Shown here in pieces: positions 16,516 to 24,518 of a stretch of DNA of 26,556 bases; within the stretch, counting starts at the first letter, position 1, and each line of letters begins with the position of its first letter. The position numbers and the translations under genes are program-made. The notes under the pieces are model-generated. The model made no database searches, had not been told where the DNA came from, and saw nothing but the letters and a program-made list of their open reading frames with translations. The DNA comes from a virus. Taxonomy: Duplodnaviria > Caudoviricetes. Where the stretch lies: positions 1-26,556 of the IMG/VR virus record IMGVR_UViG_3300030330_004929, one strand, 5' to 3'.

Positions 16516-18035
16516 TATTGCATATCTCCTCTACTTCTTTCAAAGACTTGTTCAACTTCTTGAGCATATGAGTCCTTCATTAATTCAAGTCCTGTTGTAT
16601 AGTTTTGTGTTTCATTATCATAATTTTGTCTTACTGATGTAACTAAAAATCTTGGTGTAAATCTTTTATCTTCTTCACTTTTACCATAAAATAAATTAAA
16701 GTTAAATTTTTCACTTTCTGTAGAAGTTGTTTGAGGAACATAAATCTCAACCATATCACCAGGTTTAATTACACTATTACCAGGAATAAGAGCATCTAAT
16801 ATTATTGCATCCATAGTTGCTCTCTCTGCTATTCTTCTACCAAGTTTTCTTTGTTTAATTTGTGGGTTACTTACTAAAGGATCCTTATCCAATAAAGTTT
16901 GTTTATCAACTTCATTAATATATGCATGATCCATATAACTACTTACATCACCATGTAATATTCCAGATTGTCTTTCGCCTGGTCTTGGAGAAAATGCAGG
17001 TGGTACTGTTGTGTTTAAACTTGTTGTATTTAATTCAGCAGCAAAATATCTTGTATGAGTTGAGCTATCAACAAATCTGTATTGACTATTTCTAGCTATT
17101 ACTCTTGCACCAAACTCATGAATTTTATTTAGAAGTCCAAACTCATTATAATATATAAATGTTCTTGAATCAAATTTTTTTGTTAATGGATCGACAACAG
17201 CTACTCTATTTCTAAATAGACCAGTTCCTAAATCTTGAATTCTATCAAACGTTTTTTTTGCTTTAAGAGTAGTAATAATTTGTGACTCTCCAAACTCAGC
17301 TTGATCTTTAACAAATGCTTGATCACCAAGTAAGAATTTTTGACTAGTTTCTTGATCCTTAAGCTCTTTCATAGTAGTAAAATGAAAACCATTATAGTCT
17401 TCAAAAAAAACATAGTCTGAATTATTATTTGTATCAGGATGTCTACATTCATCCATCAAATATGATATACATTCAAAAGGACTAATTCCAGGAGGAATAA
17501 AACTTGTTGTAGATTCAGATTCAACTATACTATCTTTATTCAAACCATATAAGATTTTTGCTCCAAGTATAGAAGCACCATCTGCTCCACCTGTAGCTCT
17601 AAAACCATTAGCAAACGCATCTTGTACAGCATCTGATGTTTTTCTACCACTAAAACTTTTGTCTATACTTCTCATTTCATTAAAAATAGAATATTCACTT
17701 ATACCATGAATAATGTAGTTCTCTTGTCTTTGAGCTCCTTCTACTCTTTTTCCTATTTTGTATAATTTAAATGATCTTGAAATTATTATGTCGGAAGTAT
17801 TTGATCTGTAAGAAATAATTAAATGTTCATCACCAACTAGTGGTACCCTTTGTGTAAAACCAACTGCATCTGCTATAACTATATCACAGCTTGATGTCAA
17901 TGTGAATATACTTTCATATATATTCATAGCGCTTACTAATGGAGTTATAGGTGTAATCTCACCAGAAAAGTTTCTAAAAAAAACTTGGTAATCAATTATT
18001 TGTTGTGGGTTTTTTGTTGATTCGGGTTCTGCCAT
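16515..18035 (-). CDS. Putative baseplate hub protein (gp27/GpD-like)
   Basis: Sits between gp53 and gp5. Motifs IYESIF...I.DA...PLVGDE, YVFFEDYNGFHF, IPGNS.IKPGDMVEI and FLVTSVR are typical of gp27/GpD-type hubs. Confidence 0.7.
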   Translation of the reverse strand: MAEPESTKNPQQIIDYQVFFRNFSGEITPITPLVSAMNIYESIFTLTSSCDIVIADAVGFTQRVPLVGDEHLIISYRSNTSDIIISRSFKLYKIGKRVEGAQRQENYIIHGISEYSIFNEMRSIDKSFSGRKTSDAVQDAFANGFRATGGADGASILGAKILYGLNKDSIVESESTTSFIPPGISPFECISYLMDECRHPDTNNNSDYVFFEDYNGFHFTTMKELKDQETSQKFLLGDQAFVKDQAEFGESQIITTLKAKKTFDRIQDLGTGLFRNRVAVVDPLTKKFDSRTFIYYNEFGLLNKIHEFGARVIARNSQYRFVDSSTHTRYFAAELNTTSLNTTVPPAFSPRPGERQSGILHGDVSSYMDHAYINEVDKQTLLDKDPLVSNPQIKQRKLGRRIAERATMDAIILDALIPGNSVIKPGDMVEIYVPQTTSTESEKFNFNLFYGKSEEDKRFTPRFLVTSVRQNYDNETQNYTTGLELMKDSYAQEVEQVFERSRGDMQ

Positions 18036-18036
18036 T

Positions 18037-18612
18037 TTAATTTAAATCACTAAAAATAAGATCAACTTCTCTTACTAATGAAGAAACAAATTGTTTATCT
18101 AAAATTTTTATTTTTCTTTTTTCAACATTTTGTTCAAAATAATAATCATATGCACTTATCTGTTCTCTATCAGTAGCTGGTAAACTGTTGTAAGTATTTA
18201 AATCAACAACAACTGTTCTCTTAGGAATAATCTTACCATCAAATCTTACTGATTGATTATTAATAATCTTTCTATATTCAAATACAGTTGATTTAGCTTC
18301 AGCAGTGCTTCCATATAATGTTCTCATATAACTATCAAAACTTTCATCACTTAAAGGCCAATCATAATATGGATCAACTATATCATTTACTAAAAAGATA
18401 ATCCAGTCGAGAGTTGGATCATCATAATATTTTGAAGCTATTATATCTGGTCTATCACTATCCTTAACAACATAATCAAAGTAGATAGCAGTTCTATTTT
18501 TAATTATATCTCTTACTTTAAACCTTAATGTAATATTAGTCAACAGTTCAAAGTTTTTATTTTTTTTAAGACTGTAGTTAACTTTTGGAAAGGATCTAAA
18601 CAAATAAGGCAT
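18037..18612 (-). CDS. gp53: Baseplate wedge subunit gp53 (LysM-like)
   Basis: Y.VKDSDRPDIIASKYYDDPTLDWIIFLVNDIVDPYYDWPLS...YG and C-terminal NVEKRKIKIL. Confidence 0.92.
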   Translation of the reverse strand: MPYLFRSFPKVNYSLKKNKNFELLTNITLRFKVRDIIKNRTAIYFDYVVKDSDRPDIIASKYYDDPTLDWIIFLVNDIVDPYYDWPLSDESFDSYMRTLYGSTAEAKSTVFEYRKIINNQSVRFDGKIIPKRTVVVDLNTYNSLPATDREQISAYDYYFEQNVEKRKIKILDKQFVSSLVREVDLIFSDLN

Positions 18613-19691
18613 TACATACCATCCTGTATATCGCTCTTAGTAAGTATTTTAGTTTCTGTAAATGTAAGATCTAATCTAACAGCAGCTGGTGCTTTTTGTG
18701 AATTACCAGTTCCTCCTGCATCATAATATAATGGTGTTCCTTCTCCATGATATTCAACATTCATATTTGTTAATACTAAACTTCTTGTTCTAAATAAATA
18801 TCCATCTTTTTGAAATCTTATACCCATTTGTTCTGGATAATTAAAGAAATGTTCTTTTTCAGTTTTTGAAGGATGAGAATGAAACTTTAATTTATGTATG
18901 ATCTCATTTATAATTAAACTTTCTCTTAGATTTTTAGGTTTTAAATCAAATGAGAATTGAAAACTTCTAAAGTTTGGAGCCTCGTATAAAACAGCCATAT
19001 GTGGGTTTCTAGCTAAACCAGCAGATGCAGCTGCTCCTTGAACTACTTTACCTAAACTATCTCCAACTACTGCACCAGCTATTCCACCTATCTTTGCTCC
19101 AGCTAACCCAATAATATCATCAGCAGCTCCTAAGCCAAGTGAAGCAAGACCTTCTACACCAACTCTGTCTGATACTTTTTTTAATGAATCTACTAACTGA
19201 TCTTTATTTGGAACATTTCCCGCTGCTATATCTTTAGCAAGACCAGACACTTCAGTTGCTGCAGCAGCTCCAATTGGTCCAAGTCCTTCTTGTTTATAAC
19301 CTTGAGCATAAGCTGTTTGTAAAGATGAAGGTAGTGGAAGTTTTATAGTTAATAATTTTTCTCTATTCTTTTTTCTTTGTACACCTAAAGCAGCTTCAAA
19401 TATTCTTTCTTTAAATATATCTATATTCATATAATTTCCAATATTCTCAATCTTTTCTGGAAAAGAAAGATTTTTAAGACCAGCTGCTTGCTGTAATTCC
19501 TTTAAAGGACCAGATATATCTAAATTATTTAAATCAATACCAATTCTAGCTCCTACAGTTGAAGCAACATCTTGTATTGACATATCAAGATATCCTGAGG
19601 CAGCTAATTTACCTCTTACATTTTGAACCTCTTCAACTATTGGATTGGATCCATTAAAGTTGAAATCAGGAAATTTTGGAAACGCTACCAT
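18612..19691 (-). CDS. gp48: Baseplate tail-tube cap gp48
   Basis: Start moved to ATG 19691 (AAGGA upstream). I.LPLP..L...Y, NPHMAVLYEAPNFRSFQFSFDL.PKN..ES..I..II, YP, LTNMNVEY and LDLTFTET..LT motifs. Confidence 0.88.
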   Translation of the reverse strand: MVAFPKFPDFNFNGSNPIVEEVQNVRGKLAASGYLDMSIQDVASTVGARIGIDLNNLDISGPLKELQQAAGLKNLSFPEKIENIGNYMNIDIFKERIFEAALGVQRKKNREKLLTIKLPLPSSLQTAYAQGYKQEGLGPIGAAAATEVSGLAKDIAAGNVPNKDQLVDSLKKVSDRVGVEGLASLGLGAADDIIGLAGAKIGGIAGAVVGDSLGKVVQGAAASAGLARNPHMAVLYEAPNFRSFQFSFDLKPKNLRESLIINEIIHKLKFHSHPSKTEKEHFFNYPEQMGIRFQKDGYLFRTRSLVLTNMNVEYHGEGTPLYYDAGGTGNSQKAPAAVRLDLTFTETKILTKSDIQDGM

Positions 19692-19725
19692 TGACTTTTT
19701 TATCCTTTGTTGTATAATTACAAGT
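19691..19725 (+). promoter_or_regulatory. Compact divergent control region between gp48 and gp4
   Basis: TTGACT (19691-96), 16 nt, TATAAT (19713-18) on the + strand. The overlapping TATAATTA is one mismatch from the T4 late consensus. gp4 ATG lies 7 nt after the -10 with no SD. Confidence 0.55.
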
Positions 19726-20178
19726 ATGACCTTCAAAAGCTACAAAGGTTTCTTTAAACCTAAGAACCCATCTAAGTATAAGGGCGATCCTACTAATATT
19801 ATTTATCGTAGTTCGTGGGAAAAACAGTGTATGATATACTTTGATAATAAAACAGAGATATATCAATGGCAAAGTGAAGAGTTGTTTATACCATATAAAC
19901 ATCCAATCACTGGTAAGTATCATAGATATTATCCAGATTTTAAGATATGGAGTAAAACAAAAGATGGTAAAGAAGAAGTATCTATTATAGAGGTTAAACC
20001 ATTTAATCAAACACAAGAACCAAAAGTACAAACAAGAAAGACTAGAAAGTATATCAATGAAGTTAAAACTTATGCAATAAATACTTATAAATGGAAGTTT
20101 GCTAAACAATATTGTGAAGATAGAGATTGGCGATTTATTTTAATCACAGAAAAAGAATTAGGAATTAAAAGTTGGTAG
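19726..20178 (+). CDS. gp4: Head completion nuclease gp4 (TnsA-like fold)
   Basis: Start moved to MTFKSYKG. YKG.FKPKNPSKYKGDPTNIIYRSSWE, WQSEE..IPY, HRYYPDF, IEVKP, N..KW..A..YC....W.F..ITEKEL. Confidence 0.95.
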   Translation: MTFKSYKGFFKPKNPSKYKGDPTNIIYRSSWEKQCMIYFDNKTEIYQWQSEELFIPYKHPITGKYHRYYPDFKIWSKTKDGKEEVSIIEVKPFNQTQEPKVQTRKTRKYINEVKTYAINTYKWKFAKQYCEDRDWRFILITEKELGIKSW

Positions 20179-20795
20179 CTTATATATTTAATCAAATGCT
20201 CGAGGAAGGTGTCAAGGCTGGAAAGGTTCCTGCTTTAACCAGAACTTCAAGAAATTGGTTTAGGGATCTTGCTAAAAATAAAAGATCTGTTACTCCTCAA
20301 AAAATATTTTCAACTGCTCCAAAAGCTCAATTTACAAGATTTCCTCAAATAGGTTTTATGTATCATTTTTTTTATAATCCCAAGACAAAAGATAAGTTAC
20401 CATATTATGATACCTTTCCATTAATCTTTCCATTACAGGATGTATTTAATAGAAAAAGAGCTACTAGAGGTGGTAAGTTTTATGGAATTAATTTACATTA
20501 TCTTCATCCAAGATTAAGAGCTAGATTGATGGATGCATTATATACTGTAACTACTGATCGTAATTATGATGAAGAGACTAGAGTAAAAGCTGGTTTTAAA
20601 CTACTAAATAGGGCTAGCAAGTTTAGATTTTTCAAACCATGTGTTAAGAGTTATTTAATGACTAATGTAAGAGGTAGACTTGTTAAGATTAATGCTAATG
20701 CTTGGGACTTAGCTTTATTCTTACCAACAGAAAGATTTAGAAAGGCAACTAAACAAAAAGTGTTTAGAGAGAGTAGGAAACAGATCGGTGTTTAA
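20172..20795 (+). CDS. gp2: DNA end protector protein gp2
   Basis: TTG start with AGGA upstream. MYHFFYNPKTKDKLPYYDTFPLIFP, GINLHYL, FKPCVKSYL and W..ALFLPTERF motifs. Confidence 0.92.
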   Translation: MVAYIFNQMLEEGVKAGKVPALTRTSRNWFRDLAKNKRSVTPQKIFSTAPKAQFTRFPQIGFMYHFFYNPKTKDKLPYYDTFPLIFPLQDVFNRKRATRGGKFYGINLHYLHPRLRARLMDALYTVTTDRNYDEETRVKAGFKLLNRASKFRFFKPCVKSYLMTNVRGRLVKINANAWDLALFLPTERFRKATKQKVFRESRKQIGV

Positions 20796-21744
20796 TATAG
20801 AAAACTTTGCAGCTTCGATTGGAAGAACTGGTGTAGCCAAGGCTTCACATTTTATGTTTATAATTAATGTCCCATCAGTTCAAAATAAACCTGGTCTTGA
20901 GAACAATTTAATTGGACAAACATTTCTTAATGAAGTTCAAAAACTTGGAACTACTTGGGAGACATATGGTACTACTCATATAGCATTTAGATGTGATAGA
21001 GTTAGTATGCCTGGTAGAATTGTAATTAGTTCTCCATATAAAGAAGGCAACTATGGACTACTTAGAGAGTATCCTACTAATGTTGTTTACCAACCAGTAG
21101 ATGCTTCTATTATACTTTCTAAAAACTTGCAAGAAAAAGTATTTTTTGAATTATGGCAAGATCTTATAGTTGGTCATCATAGAACTCAAGGAGATGATTT
21201 TGACAGTGCTCAACATACTAAGGATTTAAATTATCTTTCTAATTATACTACTAGCTGCACTATCATGCAATTTGAAGAACTACCTAGATCTGAAACAAGT
21301 GGATCTGGTGGAGATGCAACTGGATTAAATCCAATATATTCGCAAGAATTAATTGAATGTTATCCTAGAACTATACAAGATATGCAAGCAGATTGGGGTT
21401 CTCAAGAAATACAAAGATTAAATATTGTGTTTGATTACAAATATTATAAAGATAAAATCCATTATGAAGTTGATAAAAGATTTGCTACTGATGGAAGAAG
21501 AAGATTTGGAAGATCAACTGCTAGAACTGGTATAGAGCAAGGAGCCGCTGTATTAGCTGGTCAAGTAGCAGCAAGATCTGGTTTAACACAAAGACAACAA
21601 GCATTTTTAACTGGAGCTACTACAGCTGCTTTAAATATATTTAAAGTTGGTGGTAATTTAGCAGGTGGTGGTGGAGCAGTTAGTAGATCTAAAATTACCA
21701 GAGATGCTATTAACAGAAACAGGGTTGACGTTTTTACAGTTTAA
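20788..21744 (+). CDS. gp54: Tail-tube initiator gp54-like (gp19 tube-fold family) with C-terminal extension
   Basis: GTG start with AGGA upstream. FRCDRVSMPGR, FFELWQDLI, L.ECYP.TI....W.....RLNIVFDYKYY. Positioned between gp2 and gp26. Confidence 0.75.
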   Translation: MFNIENFAASIGRTGVAKASHFMFIINVPSVQNKPGLENNLIGQTFLNEVQKLGTTWETYGTTHIAFRCDRVSMPGRIVISSPYKEGNYGLLREYPTNVVYQPVDASIILSKNLQEKVFFELWQDLIVGHHRTQGDDFDSAQHTKDLNYLSNYTTSCTIMQFEELPRSETSGSGGDATGLNPIYSQELIECYPRTIQDMQADWGSQEIQRLNIVFDYKYYKDKIHYEVDKRFATDGRRRFGRSTARTGIEQGAAVLAGQVAARSGLTQRQQAFLTGATTAALNIFKVGGNLAGGGGAVSRSKITRDAINRNRVDVFTV

Positions 21745-21771
21745 ACATATATATAATAGTAGGATTTTATT

Positions 21772-22479
21772 ATGGCTTTACCGAATATAGTAACACCTGA
21801 ATTTGAAACCAAGTTACCTTCAAATAATCAGACAATTAAATTTAGACCTTTTTTAGTTAAAGAAGAAAAAGTACTTCTTATGGCTGGAGAAGGAAAAGAT
21901 CAAAAAGAAATATTAGCTACAGTTGTTAACATACTTCAAAACTGTATAATTACATCTGGAGTTAATGTTTTAAATTTACCATTGTTTGATATTGAGTGGT
22001 TATTTTTACAATTGAGAGCGAAGAGTGTTGGTGAAGTTATTGAAGTAAGAATGAGGCATATTCAAGATTCAGAATGTAAGGGTGAGACTGATATACAAGT
22101 TAATGTTGAAGATGTTCAAGTAACTAGACATAAAGATCATAATACAGTAATAAATTTAGATAGTAATATTGGTATTACTATGAAGTATCCTTCATTATCT
22201 GAAGTTGGAAATAATTTAGAAGATGTAACAACTGAACAAACATTTGCAATTATTGAAAAATGTGTTAAGAATGTATTTGATAGTGATAAAGTTTATAATG
22301 ACTTTACACCTAATGAATTAAAAGAGTTTATAGGTAAGTTAGATCAAAAACAATTCAAACAAATAATTGGATTCTTTAATACTTTTCCCAAACTCGAACA
22401 CAAGGTCAAATATAAATGTGCCAAGTGTGGTAAAGAAGTTGAATATACATTAACAGGGTTGATGGATTTTTTTTTATAA
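21772..22479 (+). CDS. gp26: Baseplate hub assembly chaperone gp26
   Basis: MALP.I.TP.FE..LPS....IKFRPFLVKEEKVLLMA, FDIEWLFLQLRAKSVGE, MKYP, PKL.H....KCAKCG and GLMDFF. AGGA RBS. Confidence 0.93.
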   Translation: MALPNIVTPEFETKLPSNNQTIKFRPFLVKEEKVLLMAGEGKDQKEILATVVNILQNCIITSGVNVLNLPLFDIEWLFLQLRAKSVGEVIEVRMRHIQDSECKGETDIQVNVEDVQVTRHKDHNTVINLDSNIGITMKYPSLSEVGNNLEDVTTEQTFAIIEKCVKNVFDSDKVYNDFTPNELKEFIGKLDQKQFKQIIGFFNTFPKLEHKVKYKCAKCGKEVEYTLTGLMDFFL

Positions 22480-22497
22480 GCATGTCCCATGACACGC
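22467..22497 (+). promoter_or_regulatory. Candidate -1 frameshift site (T9 run, T-TTT-TTA heptamer) plus small hairpin
   Basis: GAT TTT TTT TTA TAA GC ATG. The -1 frame reads TTT TTT ATA AGC ATG TCC, in frame with gp51. Hairpin GCaTGTC-CCAT-GACAcGC at 22480-22497. Confidence 0.65.
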
Positions 22498-22682
22498 TAA
22501 AAAACTATTATACAACTAACTTTGCACTGATGCAACACCATAAATATTCATTAGAAGAGCTTGAAAATATGATTCGCTTTGAAAGAGACATTTATATTTC
22601 ATTATTAGCAGAACATATTGAAAAAGAAAATGAAAAAATAAGGCAACAAAATGCCAAAAGTCAAATGAGGAAGCATGGATAA
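22482..22682 (+). CDS. gp51: Short gp51-like baseplate hub assembly protein (probably the C-terminal part of a gp26-gp51 frameshift product)
   Basis: YYTTNFALMQHHKYSLEELENMI.FERDIYISLL motif. No SD at normal spacing before its ATG. Confidence 0.85.
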   Translation: MSHDTLKNYYTTNFALMQHHKYSLEELENMIRFERDIYISLLAEHIEKENEKIRQQNAKSQMRKHG

Positions 22683-22914
22683 AAATAAATTTGATTGGTT
22701 AATAGATTTAGCAAAAGCGGTTGATTCTTGGAGAATCTTCCCCAGAATATTCATAACAGTATACATTGTATTATTATATGAAGTAGTACATTGGTTTATG
22801 GGTTTGAGTGATCCAAATACTCAACAAGCTGGGCTAGTAAGTATTGTTGTAGGTGCAGGTGCTGCATGGTTTGGATTGTATACTGGATCAAGTAAAAAGT
22901 TTGATAAAAAATGA
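22675..22914 (+). CDS. Small membrane protein with two predicted TM helices
   Basis: 79 aa. Hydrophobic segments IFPRIFITVYIVLLYEVVHWF and AGLVSIVVGAGAAWFGLY, basic C-terminus. GAGGA RBS. Overlaps both neighbours. Confidence 0.75.
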   Translation: MDKNKFDWLIDLAKAVDSWRIFPRIFITVYIVLLYEVVHWFMGLSDPNTQQAGLVSIVVGAGAAWFGLYTGSSKKFDKK

Positions 22915-24518
22915 GTATAGGAGAGTTACAAGTTCAAACTTCAGGTCCACCAGTTGGATTAAACACTTTAAGTGGAGAAGATAAAGGATCTATTTTAATG
23001 AAAGCATTAACAGATGCTTTTATAAATGCTATTTCTCCATTACAAAATTCTTTACAACAAATGGTTGGATTACTTCAAGGAATACTTGATGTAAATGTTG
23101 AACATCTTAATATTGTAAAAGGTCAGATAGAAGGAAATGAAGCACGATCAGCTGAGGCTGCTGCAGAAGGAGCTAGATCAGCTAGTACTAGCGCTGCTGG
23201 TTTACCTGAAGAAGATGAGTTTGATTTTTCTAAAATTGATGGTGGTGGTTTAGGTGGTCTTTTAAAAGCTGCTTTGTTAGGACTTGGGTTGTACTTTCAA
23301 GATACTGTTCAAGGAATAATTCGATCAGTTAAACTTCCTGCTATACTTAGAGTATTAAATAAATCATTAAGAATTTTTACTTTAGGCTTTGTAAATTTAG
23401 GTAAAACTTTAAGAGGTTTTGGATCAAGATTAATAGGAAAAGATTCGCCTATCAGAAAATTTTTTACAAGAATAAAAGAGTTTTTTGGTAAGTTTCCTAT
23501 ACTTTCTAAAGTATTGAGAGTAGCTTTAAGATTTATAGCATTACCTCTCACAGTTTTATTTGGGATAGTAGATGCTGTCAAAGGATTTATGGAAGGATAT
23601 AAAGATCGTGGTTTTATAGATGGTATACTTACTGCAATAGGAAATGTACTTGGAGGTTTGTTTGGAACAGTATTAGACTTAATAAAAGATATAGCTGCTT
23701 TTGTATTAGAAAAACTTGGTTTTGAAAATGCAGCTGAAGCTTTGAAAGATTTTAGTTTTAAAGAATTAATTAAAAATGCTTTTGGAGGCATAGTTAATTT
23801 TTTTGAAAACTTACCTGAAATAATAAATTCAGCCATAAGATCTTTACCAGGAGGAGACTTTCTAGCTGATAAATTTGGACTAGGTACTACTGAACAAAAA
23901 AGAGAAGCTATACTTGGTGAAAGTGGAACGAAAAGTATACAAAAAGATGTAATTGATCAACTTGCTGAAGAAGGACAAGCAAGCGGTGATCGTTCTTTTG
24001 AAAAGAAAGTAGGAGGTGTTCAAACAAAATTTAACAAAAGTTTTGAAGATTTAACTCCAGAACAACAAGCACAAGTTATGAATAGAGTTAAAGAAATACA
24101 AGCTGAAAAACTTGAGGCTGCAGGATTAACAGAGACTGAAAAAGCAGTTGTTGCAACTGATAGAAGTATCCCAGGTGAAACATCTGCAGAACAAGTAAAA
24201 GAACTTATTAAACAGGGTGTATTACCTCCTACTGGAGAACTTGCAGTTGAAAAGGAAATAGTTGATGGTAAAGTTGCAACCGTATCTGCTAAAGGTGATG
24301 TTGTAATTCCAGAAAAAAAATTAGGTGATTTACTCAACCAAGAAGGAGCTCAAAACATGGCTCCAGTAGTTGCTCCAACAATTAATAAAGGTGGTGATAA
24401 TAACAGCACTACTAATATTACCAATGTAAATGGAGGATCCGGTGGTGGAGGAGATTTCTCAATGCACAACCAAGATCCTTCATCATTCAGACTACAATCT
24501 GCTCAAGCTGAGCTTTAA
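22911..24518 (+). CDS. Putative tape measure / gp29-like protein
   Basis: 535-aa helical protein just after gp26/gp51. Amphipathic and hydrophobic mid-region (FIALPLTVLFGIVDAVKGF...IGNVLGGLFGTVLDLIKD). APVVAPTIN..NNSTTNITN C-terminal motif. Confidence 0.7.
   Translation: MSIGELQVQTSGPPVGLNTLSGEDKGSILMKALTDAFINAISPLQNSLQQMVGLLQGILDVNVEHLNIVKGQIEGNEARSAEAAAEGARSASTSAAGLPEEDEFDFSKIDGGGLGGLLKAALLGLGLYFQDTVQGIIRSVKLPAILRVLNKSLRIFTLGFVNLGKTLRGFGSRLIGKDSPIRKFFTRIKEFFGKFPILSKVLRVALRFIALPLTVLFGIVDAVKGFMEGYKDRGFIDGILTAIGNVLGGLFGTVLDLIKDIAAFVLEKLGFENAAEALKDFSFKELIKNAFGGIVNFFENLPEIINSAIRSLPGGDFLADKFGLGTTEQKREAILGESGTKSIQKDVIDQLAEEGQASGDRSFEKKVGGVQTKFNKSFEDLTPEQQAQVMNRVKEIQAEKLEAAGLTETEKAVVATDRSIPGETSAEQVKELIKQGVLPPTGELAVEKEIVDGKVATVSAKGDVVIPEKKLGDLLNQEGAQNMAPVVAPTINKGGDNNSTTNITNVNGGSGGGGDFSMHNQDPSSFRLQSAQAEL

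Noticed and set aside
17403-17410. Other homopolymer runs (A8 at 17403-17410, A8 near 24313, T-runs near 13235 and 13555) as recoding sites
   Set aside because: They are in-frame within intact ORFs or act as SD-to-ATG spacers, with no meaningful alternative-frame ORF evident downstream, unlike the gp26/gp51 site.
10619-19691. T6SS/eCIS/tailocin interpretation of the gp25-gp6-PAAR-gp5 cluster
   Set aside because: gp2, gp4, gp32 and T4 late promoters show this is a genuine T4-like phage genome.
13236-19736. Longer N-termini given in the track for the lipoprotein (13298), PAAR (13599), gp48 (19736) and gp4 (19645)
   Set aside because: They overlap neighbouring genes or promoters. Downstream ATGs have SD sequences and/or match family N-termini.
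19726-20178. TnsA-like nuclease suggesting a Tn7 element or homing endonuclease
   Set aside because: Sequence and synteny (divergent from gp48, followed by gp2) match the core T4 gp4. No transposon genes or ends are present.
21725-21758. TTGACG...TATAAT upstream of gp26 as a sigma70 promoter
   Set aside because: The spacer is 21 nt, too long. The TATATATAATA tract may be a degenerate late promoter, but I cannot support that firmly.
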